Source: a virus (lineage: Duplodnaviria; Heunggongvirae; Uroviricota; Caudoviricetes). Taken from it: a stretch of DNA of 33,823 nt. Under the pieces are notes generated by a model. The model searched no databases, was not told the origin of the DNA, and saw only the letters and a program-made list of their open reading frames with translations. The first letter of the stretch is position 1. Each line of letters opens with the position of its first letter. The DNA lies in the IMG/VR virus record IMGVR_UViG_2877251553_000003. One strand, 5' to 3'. Position numbers and translations under genes: made by a program. Positions 22,168-33,159 of the stretch are shown here, in pieces.

Positions 22168-22545
22168 ATGGACGAACAGTGGGGCTACGTCGGTGCTAAA
22201 TCACGTCAGCGCTGGCTGTTTTACGCGTATGACAGGATACGGAGGACGGTTGTGGCGCACGTCTTCGGTGAACGCACTCTGGCCACACTGGAGCGTCTTC
22301 TGAGCCTGCTGTCGGCCTTTGAGGTCGTGGTATGGATGACGGATGGCTGGCCGCTGTATGAATCACGCCTGAAGGGAAAGCTGCACGTTATCAGCAAGCG
22401 TTACACTCAGCGCATTGAGCGACATAATCTGAATCTGAGACAACATCTGGCAAGGCTGGGACGGAAGTCACTGTCGTTCTCAAAATCGGTGGAGCTGCAT
22501 GACAAGGTCATCGGGCATTATCTGAACATAAAACACTATCAGTAA
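22168..22545 (+). CDS. insB: IS1 InsB
   Basis: [16 protein letters not shown]... in the same position within the element as in copy 1. Confidence 0.85.
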   Translation: MDEQWGYVGAKSRQRWLFYAYDRIRRTVVAHVFGERTLATLERLLSLLSAFEVVVWMTDGWPLYESRLKGKLHVISKRYTQRIERHNLNLRQHLARLGRKSLSFSKSVELHDKVIGHYLNIKHYQ

Positions 22546-22560
22546 GTTGGCAGCATTACC

Positions 22561-23038
22561 ATGCAGCCCTCACAATATAGTTAAAAGCGACATTTCGTGG
22601 GCGTGTTTCATTCGCACCTGCAGGTTTAGTCGTTGCCGCAACAACACCACCCTCTGTAATAGCCGGGTTGGGAATTGGGTAATTATCGAAGTCAATGGCC
22701 GGAGACAGGGGCGTGATTTGTTTTAAAATCGTGGTGCCTGTAAAACTTTCCAGAGTCTGGTCGTTAGTTCGTGAAGTCCAGATTCCCCAATAGTGGTTAT
22801 GACTGACAATCGCACCGTCCTGAAGCGTTAATAATCCCCTTCCGTTATCCACTCCACGTCCGTCATCCCAGCCACGAATAAACTCACCGCGTAAATCAGG
22901 CAATTTATTTGTCGGGTAAGCCTTTGCCAGTTCCGGGTATTCTTCAGCAGAAAAAGCCGCACCATTGCATTTCAGCCAGCCTGTCGGCGGAGTGGCTGAA
23001 GGCCACGGAACAGGCACACCAACAGGTAATGCAGAGCC
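22561..23038 (-). pseudogene. Tail-fibre C-terminal variable domain (alternative, inverted copy) with no attached constant region
   Basis: PWPSATPPTGWLKCNGAAFSAEEYPELAKAYP...ETRPRNVAFNYIVRAA is the conserved tail-fibre C-terminal pattern (P2 H / Mu S type); begins at the crossover site and abuts IS1. Confidence 0.65.
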
Positions 23039-23064
23039 TTCTCCCAAACCAACGTTTAAGAAAA
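23039..23064. other. Gin/Hin/Cin/Pin-type 26-bp recombination crossover site
   Basis: TTCTCCCAAACC-AA-CGTTTAAGAAAA fits the half-site pattern (TTnTCnnAAACC / GGTTTnnGAnAA) next to the invertase gene. Confidence 0.5.
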
Positions 23065-23119
23065 TGCAGAGATAATGGCTAACTGGCATCATCCCCGGTT
23101 TTTATTCAGGGGATTGATC

Positions 23120-23685
23120 ATGCTTATTGGCTATGTACGCGTGTCAACAAATGACCAGAACACCGATTTGCAACGTAATGCACTGAACTGCGCGGGATGT
23201 GAGCGGATTTTTGAGGATAAAATCAGTGGCACTAAGCCCGACAGACCGGGGCTTAAAAAACTGCTCAGGACACTATCGGCAGGAGACACGCTGGTTGTCT
23301 GGAAGCTGGACAGACTGGGACGCAGTATGCGGCATCTTGTTACGCTGATAGAAGAGTTGCGCCAGCGTGGTGTGAATTTCCGAAGCCTGACTGACAGTAT
23401 TGATACCAGTACCCCAATGGGCCGTTTCTTTTTTCACGTCATGGGGCTCTGGCTGAAATGGAACGTGAACTGATAGTTGAACGTACCAGAGCAGGGCTGG
23501 CTGCAGCTCGTGCCAAAGGCAGAGTAGGTGGACTCCGTCCTAAGTTGACCACCGAACAGTGGGCACAGATTGGACGTTTACTCGAGGCCGGAGAATCAAG
23601 ACAGCGTATTGCACTGATTTTTGATGTGGGCGTTTCTACCATTTATAGAAAATTTCCGGCGAATGAGAGCAATGAATCGCCCTGA
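23120..23685 (+). CDS. pin: Pin/Gin/Hin-family serine DNA invertase; frame break in a G-run near 23444-23447
   Basis: MLIGYVRVSTNDQNTDLQRNAL...VVWKLDRLGRS...FFFHVMG|ALAEMERELIVERT... nearly identical in pattern to E. coli Pin as recalled. Confidence 0.85.
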
Positions 23686-23733
23686 GTCAGTATTATTTTG
23701 ATTTTTCCTGTAAGCGGACAAATACCGTCATTT

Positions 23734-23751
23734 TGTGTGAATAACGACACA
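23734..23751. promoter_or_regulatory. TGT-N12-ACA late promoter box upstream of FI
   Basis: TGTgtgaataacgacACA about 80 bp upstream of the FI ATG. Confidence 0.5.
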
Positions 23752-23827
23752 ACTGCGCTTAGCTGTTTGTCAGGCACAATCACTTCAACATAGGGCGAAG
23801 CCTAATCCAATCAGGAGGTTCGCCACT

Positions 23828-25000
23828 ATGGCTCAGGATTACCACCACGGGGTGCGCGTTGTTGAAGTCAACGAAGGCACCCGATCCATTACCACGGTGA
23901 GCACCGCCATCGTGGGTATGGTCTGCACGGGCGATGATGCCGATGCAAAAATGTTTCCTCTTAATAAACCTGTGCTGATCACTGATGTGCTGACCGCCAG
24001 CGGTAAAGCGGGTGAGTCTGGCACGCTGGCCCGTTCGCTGGATGCCATCGCTGACCAGGCAAAACCCGTGACCGTTGTTGTGCGTGTGCCGCAGGGTGAA
24101 ACGGAAGAAGAAACCACAACCAATATCATTGGCGCAGTGACCGCCGAGGGTAAAAAAACAGGTATGAAAGCCCTGTTATCTGCCCAGTCACAGCTCGGCG
24201 TTAAACCGCGCATTCTCGGCGTGCCAGGTCACGACACGAAGGCGGTAGCTACTGAGTTGCTGAGCGTGGCGCAAAGCCTGCGTGGATTTGCTTACCTGTC
24301 AGCGTATGGTTGCAAGACGGTGCAGGAAGCAATCACTTACCGTGAAAACTTCAGTCAGCGTGAAGGAATGCTGATCTGGCCCGACTTTACTGGCTGGGAC
24401 ACGGTGCTGAATGCCGAAGCAACGGCTTATGCCACCGCCCGTGCGCTCGGTCTGCGCGCTAAAATTGATGAGCAGACCGGATGGCACAAAAGCCTGTCCA
24501 ACGTGGGCGTGAACGGTGTCACCGGAATTTCTGCTGATGTGTTCTGGGATCTGCAGAACCCGGCAACCGATGCAGGTCTGCTTAACCAGAACGATATCAC
24601 CACGCTTATCCGCAAAGACGGTTTCCGCTTCTGGGGTTCCCGCTGTCTGAGCGATGATCCGCTCTTTGCCTTCGAAAACTACACCCGCACGGCGCAGGTG
24701 CTGATGGACACGATGGCAGAAGCGCACATGTGGGCGGTGGACAAACCGCTGAACCCGTCGCTGGCCCGCGACATTATCGAAGGTATCCGCGCCAAAATGC
24801 GTAGCCTGGTCAGTCAGGGCTATCTCATTGGTGGTGATTGCTGGCTGGACGAGTCGGTGAACGATAAAGACACGCTGAAAGCCGGGAAACTCACCATCGA
24901 TTACGACTACACGCCAGTGCCGCCACTTGAAAACCTGATGCTGCGTCAGCGCATCACCGATCAGTACCTGGTGAATTTCTCCAGCCAGGTCAGCGCGTAA
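23828..25000 (+). CDS. FI: gpFI tail sheath protein
   Basis: 390-aa ORF, P2 FI-like; RBS AGGAGG. Confidence 0.9.
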   Translation: MAQDYHHGVRVVEVNEGTRSITTVSTAIVGMVCTGDDADAKMFPLNKPVLITDVLTASGKAGESGTLARSLDAIADQAKPVTVVVRVPQGETEEETTTNIIGAVTAEGKKTGMKALLSAQSQLGVKPRILGVPGHDTKAVATELLSVAQSLRGFAYLSAYGCKTVQEAITYRENFSQREGMLIWPDFTGWDTVLNAEATAYATARALGLRAKIDEQTGWHKSLSNVGVNGVTGISADVFWDLQNPATDAGLLNQNDITTLIRKDGFRFWGSRCLSDDPLFAFENYTRTAQVLMDTMAEAHMWAVDKPLNPSLARDIIEGIRAKMRSLVSQGYLIGGDCWLDESVNDKDTLKAGKLTIDYDYTPVPPLENLMLRQRITDQYLVNFSSQVSA

Positions 25001-25009
25001 GGGGACAAC

Positions 25010-25524
25010 ATGGCTTTACCACGCAAATTAAAACACCTGAACCTGTTTAACGACGGGAACAACTGGCAGGGGATCGTTGAGTCGCTGACGCTGCCGAAAT
25101 TCACCCGCAAATATGAGAAGTATCGCGGCGGCGGTATGCCCGGAGCGGTGGATGTGGATCTGGGACTGGATGACAGTGCACTGGATACAGAATTTTCCAT
25201 TGGTGGTACTGAACTGCTGCTGTTTAAGCAGATGGGCAAAGCCACGGTGGATGGCATCCAGCTGCGCTTTACCGGCTCTATTCAGCGTGATGATACCGGG
25301 AAGTGCAGGCCGTGGAGCTTGTGGTGCGTGGACGTCACAAAGAAGTAGATTCCGGCGAGTGGAAGACGGGCGAAAGCAACACTACCAAAGTGACCAGTAC
25401 CAACAGCTACGCGAAGCTGACCATCAATGGTGAGGTGCTCTATGAAGTGGACCTGATCAACATGGTGGAAATTGTGGACGGTGTGGACCTGATGGAAGCG
25501 CACCGCAACGCCCTCGGCCTCTGA
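25010..25524 (+). CDS. FII: gpFII tail tube protein; frame break near 25298-25300
   Basis: Track ORFs 25010-25348 and 25303-25524 join as ...QRDDTGEVQAVELVVRGRHKEV... with one added G. Confidence 0.85.
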
Positions 25525-25578
25525 TGTATCTGAACGGCGCGGAATGCCGCGCCAGAACCTAATTTACAGGACAACAAA

Positions 25579-25880
25579 ATGAGCGATAAGCAGACTGAAA
25601 AGACCATTCAACTGGATACTCCCATCATGCGCGGTAAAACAGAAATTACCGAAATTGTGTTGCGTAAACCGCAGTCCGGTGCGCTGCGCGGCACACGCCT
25701 GCAGGCCATTATGGATATGGATGTGAACGCGATGATGACCGTGATCCCCGCATCTCCAGTCCGGCACTGACTGCACAGGAAATTGCAGAGATGGACCCGG
25801 CAGATCTCACTGCCATGTCGGTTGAGGTTGTCACTTTTTTGTTGAAGAAGTCGGTGCTTGCCGGTTTACCGACAGCCTGA
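25579..25880 (+). CDS. E: gpE tail assembly chaperone; frame break in a C-run near 25746-25749
   Basis: MSDKQTEKTIQLDTPIMRGK...; with one added C the ORF continues to the TGA at 25878-25880. Confidence 0.7.
25845..25851 (+). other. TTTTTTG slippery heptamer for the programmed -1 frameshift producing E+E' (E' would end at 26014)
   Basis: T6G near the 3' end of E; the -1 frame is open to the TGA at 26012-26014, overlapping the start of T, as described for P2 E/E'. Confidence 0.5.
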
Positions 25881-26006
25881 CGGTTGACGATCTGGTGGCT
25901 GATATCGCCACCATCTTTCACTGGCCGCCATCCGTTACTGACGTTATGCCGCTGACCGAAGTGCTGGAATGGCGGGATAAAGCGATTCAGAGAAGCGGGG
26001 CCAGCC

Positions 26007-29000
26007 ATGAGTGACAATAACCTGCGTCTGCAGGTGATTCTTAATGCGGTTGACAAACTCACCCGCCCATTTCGATCCGCGCAGGCCAGTTCAAGAGAAC
26101 TGGCTGCTGCTGTCAAAAAATCCCGCGATGCAATAAAGCAGCTTGATCAGGCCGGGAGCAGTCTGGACAGCTTCCGAAAGCTGCAGGCAGAAAATCAGAA
26201 ATTAGGCGACAGGCTGAACTATGCCCGCCAGCGTGCAAATTTGCTCAGTCAGGAACTGGGAGCGATGGGGCCGCCTTCGCAACGTCAGGTTGTTGCTCTG
26301 GGCCGTCAACGGCTGGCTGTTCAGCGCCTGGAAGAACGCCAGAAAAAGCTGCAGCAGCAGACGGCGCTTGTGCGTGCAGAACTTTATCGTGCTGGTATTT
26401 CAGCTAATGATGGCGCCAGTGCGACGGCCCGCATTACCCGTGAAACGATGCGTTATAACAGGCAGCTTTCTGAGCAGGAAGCGAGGTTACGACGTGTCGG
26501 GGAGCAACAGCGAAAAATGCACGCCGCCCGGGGGCTTACGCCAGGCGTCTTGAGGTAAGGGATCGTATTGCAGGTGCCGGAGCCACCACCACGGCTGCAG
26601 GGCTGGCAATGGGCGCACCAGTGATGGCGGCAGTAAAAAGCTATACCAGCATGGAAGATGCCATGAAAGGTGTGGCAAAGCAGGTCAATGGTCTGCGTGA
26701 CGATAATGGCAACCGCACTGCGCGTTTTTACGAAATGCAGGGTGCCATCAAGGCTGCCAGCGAACAGTTGCCGATGGAAAACGGTGCTGTGGACTTCGCC
26801 GCACTGGTTGAAGGTGGTGCGCGCATGAACGTCGCAAACCCTGACGACAGCTGGGAAGACCAGAAACGTGACCTGCTGGCCTTCGCCAGCACGGCGGCAA
26901 AGGCGGCAACAGCCTTTGAACTGCCAGCGGATGAACTGTCAGAAAGTCTGGGGAAAATCGCCCAGCTCTACAAAATCCCTACCCGCAATATTGAGCAGCT
27001 CGGTGATGCGCTGAACTATCTGGATGATAACGCCATGTCGAAAGGGGCGGACATCATTGATGTCATGCAACGCCTGGGCGGTGTGGCTGACCGTCTGGAT
27101 TATCGTAAAGCGGCGGCGCTGGGTTCCACCTTCCTGACACTCGGCGCTGCGCCTGAGGTTGCAGCCAGTGCAGCAAACGCGATGGTGCGTGAATTGTCCA
27201 TTGCCACCATGCAAAGCAAGAGTTTCTTTGAAGGGATGAATCTGCTGAAACTCAATCCAGAAGTGATTGAAAAGCAGATGACGAAGGATGCGATGGGAAC
27301 TATCCAGCGGGTGCTGGAGAAGGTGAATGCGCTGCCACAGGATAAGCGCCTGTCTGCCATGACCATGTTGTTTGGTAAAGAGTTTGGCGATGACGCAGCG
27401 AAACTGGCAAACAACCTGCCGGAACTTCAGCGCCAGTTAAAACTGACTGCGGGCAATGATGCGCTCGGTTCCATGCAGAAAGAATCCGACATCAACAAGG
27501 ATTCACTTTCTGCTCAGTGGTTGCTGGTCAAAACCGGAGCACAGAACACCTTCAGCAGCCTGGGGGAAACGCTGCGCCAGCCGCTGATGGATATTCTGTA
27601 CACGGTGAAAAGCGTCACGGGGGCGTTGCGTCGCTGGGTGGAAGCTAACCCGGAACTGACGGGCACTCTGATGAAAGTAGCCGCTGTGGTAGCTGCCGTT
27701 ACCGTGGGCCTCGGCACCTTAGAGGTGGCGCTGGCTGCAGTGCTGGGGCCGCTGGCAGTCATCCGTCTGGGATTCTCTGTGCTGGGTATCAAAACGTTAC
27801 CTTCCGTTACGGCAGCAGTAACCCGAACCAGCAACGCGTTGTCCTGGCTGGCTGGCGCACCACTGGCACTGCTGCGACGCGGGCTTGCTTCATCGGGCAA
27901 CGCTGCAGGTTTACTTACTGCGCCGTTGTCGTCTTTGCGCCGCACGGCATCACTGACGGGAAATGTCCTGAAAACTGTAGCAGGTGCGCCGGTTGCACTT
28001 TTGCGGGTCTGGATTATCCGGTTTACGTGCGGTTGCTGTGATGTTTATGAATCCACTGGCGGTACTACGCGGCGGACTGGCTGCCACAGGCACGGTGCTG
28101 CGTATGCTCGCATCCGGTCCACTGGCGATGCTGCGCGTTGCCCTGTATGCCGTCTCTGGTCTGTTAGGTGCTCTGCTCAGTCTGATAGGTCTTGTGGTTA
28201 CTGCACTGGCGGGTGTGGCGCTGGTTGTCTGGAAATACTGGCAGCCCATCACCACATTTCTCGGTGGCGTGGTGGAAGGATTCAAAGCGGCGGCAGGTCC
28301 TGTCAGTGCCGCGTTCGAACCGCTTAAGCCTGTGTTCCAGTGGATTGGCGACAAAGTACAGGCGCTGTGGGGCTGGTTTACTGATCTGCTGACGCCCGTT
28401 AAGTCGACCTCTGCCGAACTGCAGAGTGCAGCGGCAATGGGGCGACGATTCGGGAGGCTCTGGCGGAAGGGCTGAATATGGTCATGCATCCGCTGGACTC
28501 CCTGAAATCCGGCGTTTCCTGGTTGCTGGAGAAACTTGGCATTGTCAGTAAAGAGGCCGCAAAGGCGAAACTGCCGGAAAGCGTGACGCGTCAGCAACCT
28601 GCGACGGTGAATGCAGACGGTAAAGTGATGATGCCATCGGGTGGTTTTCCGTCATGGGGATATGGCTTTGCGGGGATGTATGACAGCGGCGGGTATATCC
28701 CGCGCGGGCAGTTTGGCATCGTCGGTGAAAACGGGCCGGAAATTGTTAACGGCCCGGCAAATGTGACCAGCCGGAGAAATACAGCTGCACTGGCTGCCGT
28801 TGTTGCCGGAATGATGGGTGTTGCTGCTACGCCAGCAGAGCTTCCACCGTTGCACCCTTTGGCACTTCCCGCGAAAGGCGGTGAAGCGATGGTGAGTCGT
28901 GCAGCCACTGTGCCGCCCGTTCAACGGATTGAGGCACCGATGCAGATCATCATTCAAACGCAGCCAGGACAAAGTGCGCAGGATATTGCGCGGGAGGTGG

Positions 29001-29082
29001 CCCGCCAGCTTGATGAACGTGAACGCAGGCTGAAGGCAAAAGCCAGGAGTAACTACAGCGATCAGGGGGATACGACGCATGA
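26007..29082 (+). CDS. T: gpT tail tape measure protein; at least four frame breaks
   Basis: Four consecutive track ORFs (26007-26558, 26609-28327, 27984-28475, 28478-29329) carry one continuous Ala/Gly/Leu-rich tape-measure sequence; breaks at G-runs near 26530, 28439 and 29065 and one unlocated break between 27984 and 28327. Confidence 0.8.
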
Positions 29083-29564
29083 TGATGGTGCTGGGATTGT
29101 ACGTGTTTATGCTGCGCACCGTGCCGTATCAGGAGCTGCAGTATCAACGCAGCTGGCGACATGCGGCAAACAGCCGGGTAAACCGACGCCCGTCAACGCA
29201 GTTTCTGGGACCGGACAACGACATGCTGACGCTTTCTGGTGTTCTTATGCCGGAGGTAACGGGCGGCAGGCTGTCGTTGCTGGCTCTGGAGCAGATGGCA
29301 GAACAGGGAAAAGCATGGCCCCTGATTGAAGGCAGCGGCACGATTTACGGCATGTATGTGATTGAGGGACTGAATCAGACTAAAACGGAGTTTTTCCGCG
29401 ACGGTATGCCGCGCCGGATTGAGTTCACCCTGTCGCTAAAACGCGTGGATGAATCCCTGTCCGATATGTTCGGTGATCTCAGTGCGCAACTGAATAATCT
29501 GCAGGGAACGGCAACATCTGCCTTAAGCGATATCAGTAAAACGGTGGGAGGGCTGCTGTCGTGA
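29079..29564 (+). CDS. U: gpU tail protein
   Basis: 161-aa ORF similar to P2 gpU (WPLIEGSGTIYGMYVI, FTLSLKRVDESL). Confidence 0.85.
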   Translation: MMMVLGLYVFMLRTVPYQELQYQRSWRHAANSRVNRRPSTQFLGPDNDMLTLSGVLMPEVTGGRLSLLALEQMAEQGKAWPLIEGSGTIYGMYVIEGLNQTKTEFFRDGMPRRIEFTLSLKRVDESLSDMFGDLSAQLNNLQGTATSALSDISKTVGGLLS

Positions 29565-30660
29565 ATTTCAGCTCTGAACTGCTTAACAAAGGCAACAAAA
29601 CTCCGGCATTCAGCATCAGTATTGAAGGCAGGGATATCACCACTGTGCTGGACAACCGCCTGATGGGGCTGACGCTGACGGATAACCGGGGCTTTGAGGC
29701 GGACCAGCTTGATCTGGAGCTGGACGACGCCGATGGAAAAATCGTGCTGCCGCGCCGTGGGGCTGTCATTACGCTGGCGCTGGGCTGGAAGGGACAGCCG
29801 CTTTTCCCGAAAGGGGCATTCACGGTGGACGAGATTGAACACACTGGCGCACCGGATCGCCTGACTATCCGGGCGCGAAGTGCTGATTTTCGTGAAACGC
29901 TGAATACCCGCCGTGAAAAGTCGTGGCACAAGACCACCGTTGGGGAAGTGGTGAAGGAAATAGCTGCGCGGCACAAACTGAAGATGGCATTGGGTGAAGA
30001 CTTGTCGGATAAACTCGTGGAGCATATAGACCAGACTAATGAGAGTGACGGCAGTTTTTTGATGCGGCTGGCGCGCCAGTACGGTGCTATTGCGTCGGTG
30101 AAAAATGGCAATCTGTTATTCATCCGGCAGGGCAGGGTAAAAGCGCCAGCGGTAAACCACTACCGGTGATCACTATCACACGCAAGGACGGCGACAGTCA
30201 CCGCTTTACCCTGGCAGATCGCGGAGCTTACACGGGCGTCATTGCCAGCTGGTTGCATACCCGCGAACCCGCGAAGAAAGAAAGCACCACTGTGAAGCGT
30301 AAGCGCAGGACTAAGAAGCAGAAGAAAGAGCCGGAAGCGAAGCAGGGCGATTACCTGGTGGGTACGGATGAAAACGTGCTGGTACTTAATCGCACTTATG
30401 CCAACCGGAGCAACGCCGAACGGGCAGCGAAAATGCAGTGGGAACGCCTGCAACGCGGCGTTGCATCATTCTCGCTACAACTGGCGGAAGGGCGGGCAGA
30501 TCTCTACACAGAAATGCCTGTGAAGGTCAGTGGCTTTAAACAGCCGATAGATGATGCGGAATGGACCATTACGACTCTGACGCATACTGTCAGCCCGGAT
30601 AACGGTTTTACGACCAGTCTGGAGCTTGAAGTGAGGATTGATGATTTCGAAATGGAATGA
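29561..30660 (+). CDS. D: gpD tail protein; frame break near 30130
   Basis: Track ORFs 29561-30169 and 30166-30660 join with one added base in cagggcagggt. Confidence 0.85.
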
Positions 30661-30750
30661 TTCTTCGCAATGGAGAACTTTTAAGTTTGCAAAATGGAAT
30701 AATGCGGTATCATTATTGTGAATTTAGCAAAAATGGGGAGAACTCGAAAA

Positions 30751-30969
30751 ATGATGATTTGCCCACTGTGTGGAAGTGCCGCCCATACTCGCAGCAGTTT
30801 TCAGGTATCTTCATTGACCAAAGAGCGTTACAACCAGTGCCAGAACATTAACTGCAGCCATACTTTTGTTACCCATGAAACTTTTGTTCGTTCGATTGCA
30901 ACGCCAAAAGAGTCAAATCCGGTTCAGCCGCATCCAATGAAATCAGGACAGGTGGCGCTCTCTCTTTGA
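30751..30969 (+). CDS. ogr: Ogr zinc-finger late-gene transcription activator
   Basis: MMICPLCGSAAHTRSS...KERYNQCQNINCSHTF...RPHP matches the P2 Ogr Cys pattern; RBS GGGGAG. Confidence 0.85.
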   Translation: MMICPLCGSAAHTRSSFQVSSLTKERYNQCQNINCSHTFVTHETFVRSIATPKESNPVQPHPMKSGQVALSL

Positions 30970-31048
30970 CGCTGCCGCCATTTTGTCGCCATCGTTAAAA
31001 AACAGTGCTTCTAACATCATGATTTTAAAAGGCATAAATTTCAGACAA

Positions 31049-31092
31049 CAAAAAACCCATCAACCTTGAACCGAAATGGCGGGGTTGATGGG
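31049..31092 (-). terminator. Rho-independent terminator on the minus strand downstream of ybjL
   Basis: Minus-strand stem CCCATCAACC...GGTTGATGGG followed by TTTTTTGTTG. Confidence 0.5.
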
Positions 31093-31204
31093 CTCCACAA
31101 AATGGGGACATCAAAGAAAAGCAGTGGCACTAATTAAGACTGATGCCCTGCGGAAAAGTTCTGCGGTTGTGCAAAAAAATTTCATTTTCAGGGCAACTTC
31201 AGTT

Positions 31205-32890
31205 TTATCCTAATCCTGGCCATACCATGACGATGATTGTCCCTGCCAGCGTCAGCAGGACGTTGGCGATTGCGTAGGTGCCCGCATAGCCCAGCGCAGG
31301 GATGTTACTGCGAGCTGTATCACTGATGATCTCCATTGCCGGCGCGCAGGTGCGTGCGCCCATCATTGCGCCGAACAACAGTGCGCGGTTCATTCGCAAT
31401 ACATAAGCACCGAACAAGAAACAGATAACCACGGGCACAAGACTGACAATTAATCCGGCAATCAACATCTGACCGCCAATCGCGGCCAGGCCGTTATTAA
31501 TACCGCTACCGGCGCTCAGACCAACGCCTGCCATAAACACCATCAAGCCGAACTCTTTCACCATGCTTAATGCACCTTGCGGAATGTAACCGAAGGTCGG
31601 GTGGTTAGCACGCATAAAGCCCAGCATAATTCCGGCGAATAACAACCCGGCAGCGTTCCCCATGCCGAAACTGAATGTGCTGAACTGGAAGGTGATCATC
31701 CCGATCATCAGCCCAATAACAAAGAAGGCGCAAAATGCCAGCAGGTCAGTGACCTGGCTGTGAATCGAGATAAAGCCGATGCGATCGGCAATGGTTTTTA
31801 CGCGACGGGCATCACCGCTGACTTGTAAAACGTCACCTTTGTTAAGCACGACGTTGTCATCTATCGGCATCTCAATCTGGCTACGAATGACGCGGTTAAG
31901 GAAGCAACCGTGATCGGTCAACTTCAGTTGTGCGAGACGTTTACCTACAGCGTTATGGTTTTTAACGACCACTTCTTCAGTGACGATACGCATGTCGAGA
32001 AGGTCACGATCGAAAACTTCTTTACCGTTACGGAAGCTGGGATCGAGTCGGGCATGGGCGTCGGGATAGCCTACCAACGCTATTTCATCGCCCATTTGTA
32101 GCACGGCATCACCGTCTGGATTTGCCAGAATCCCGTTACGTCGAATACGTTCAATGTAGCAGCCGGTTTGTCGATAAATACCCAGTTCACGCAGATTTTT
32201 GCCGTCGGTCCAGGCCACCAGCTCCGGGCCGACGCGATAGGCGCGGATCACCGGTAAATAAACCTTACGGTTGGCATCAGTGTCCAGGCCACGTTCGCGG
32301 GCGATTTGCTGGGCGCTGGTCTGTAAGTCCTGATGCTGCAATTTCGGCAAGTAACGCGCACCAACAATCAAACTCACCAGACCGATTAAATAGGTTAAGG
32401 CATACCCGAGGCTCAGATTATCCAGTGCCAGTGAGAGCTGCCTGCTTTCCATGCCGGAATGACGCAGTGTATCGCCAGCACCGACCAGAACCGGTGTCGA
32501 CGTCATAGAGCCTGCTAACATACCGGCCGTCAGGCCAATATCCCAGCCAAACAGCTTACCTAACCCTAAGGCGATCACCAGCGCACTGCCAACCATCACC
32601 AGTGCTAACATTAGGTAATTTTTCCCATCGCGAAAAAAAATGGAAAAAAAGTTCGGTCCGGCTTCGACCCCGACGCAGAAAATAAACAGCATAAAGCCAA
32701 GATTAAGCGCATCGGTGTTAATGCTGAAATGTTGTTGGCCTAATAACAGCGATACGACTAAAACGCCAATGGAATTACCCAGTTGGATCGAACCAAGTCG
32801 TAACTTTCCGAGACATAGCCCAAGCGCGAGGACCACAAATAATAACAGAATGTAATTCCCATTTAACAATTCGGCGACGTTTATATTCAC
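31205..32890 (-). CDS. ybjL: YbjL putative transporter (AAE family)
   Basis: 561-aa ORF recognised as E. coli YbjL; multi-TM halves around a central soluble region. Confidence 0.9.
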   Translation of the reverse strand: MNINVAELLNGNYILLLFVVLALGLCLGKLRLGSIQLGNSIGVLVVSLLLGQQHFSINTDALNLGFMLFIFCVGVEAGPNFFSIFFRDGKNYLMLALVMVGSALVIALGLGKLFGWDIGLTAGMLAGSMTSTPVLVGAGDTLRHSGMESRQLSLALDNLSLGYALTYLIGLVSLIVGARYLPKLQHQDLQTSAQQIARERGLDTDANRKVYLPVIRAYRVGPELVAWTDGKNLRELGIYRQTGCYIERIRRNGILANPDGDAVLQMGDEIALVGYPDAHARLDPSFRNGKEVFDRDLLDMRIVTEEVVVKNHNAVGKRLAQLKLTDHGCFLNRVIRSQIEMPIDDNVVLNKGDVLQVSGDARRVKTIADRIGFISIHSQVTDLLAFCAFFVIGLMIGMITFQFSTFSFGMGNAAGLLFAGIMLGFMRANHPTFGYIPQGALSMVKEFGLMVFMAGVGLSAGSGINNGLAAIGGQMLIAGLIVSLVPVVICFLFGAYVLRMNRALLFGAMMGARTCAPAMEIISDTARSNIPALGYAGTYAIANVLLTLAGTIIVMVWPGLG

Positions 32891-33159
32891 GGAGGCTAAC
32901 TTCTTGTTTACTAGTAAGCTGTTGAAAGAAATGGTAATTTACGATAATGTTTTTTACCAGAATTCAGGGCGCAGATTCATTCAGCGCACCTAAACGATAG
33001 TAAAGTAACAATGTATTTTACTAGTGTAATCACATTAGGTATCAACGGCTATATGAATTGCGTTGGCCTATATTAGCATGGAATGCGAAGCGGCTTTATC
33101 TTACTGAACGCCACACTGGCGAAAAATGTGTTCGATAGACGCAGTGTCAGGAGGAACGA

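Larger units (their letters stand above)
21793..22560 (+). mobile_element. IS1 copy 2 (768 bp, divergent isoform), no target-site duplication
   Basis: Ends GGTAATGCTGCCAACTTACTGAT... and ...ATCAGTAAGTTGGCAGCATTACC; flanking 9-mers differ (ttaatgtcc vs atgcagccc). Confidence 0.9.

Noticed and set aside
22556-23092. Track ORF reading the tail-fibre fragment as a complete 178-aa protein starting MMPVSHYLCIFLNV
   Set aside because: The first ~18 codons run through the invertase crossover site and the pin upstream region and the stop lies inside IS1; only 22561-23038 is genuine tail-fibre coding sequence, and it is a detached fragment.
26007-29082. Possible repeat array or CRISPR-like periodicity in the tape-measure region
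   Set aside because: The repetition is at the protein level (recurring Ala/Gly/Leu-rich motifs such as PLALLR and GLLGALL) inside a coding gene; there are no regularly spaced identical DNA repeats with unique spacers.
26939-29341. Many long ORFs on the minus strand opposite the tape-measure and tail genes (for example 27514-27945, 27950-28597, 28652-29119)
   Set aside because: They lie antisense to a strongly supported GC-rich, repeat-rich tape-measure gene and have no RBS or homology pattern; typical spurious ORFs in GC-rich sequence.
30657-30851. Track ORF 30657-30851 (64 aa) overlapping the ogr upstream region
   Set aside because: It overlaps the ogr start in another frame and has no homology pattern; ogr from the ATG at 30751 with its GGGGAG RBS explains the region.
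30970-31204. A tRNA or tmRNA gene as the integration target at the right junction
   Set aside because: No cloverleaf-compatible sequence (acceptor stem, T-loop GTTC motif, CCA end) was recognisable in this interval by eye.
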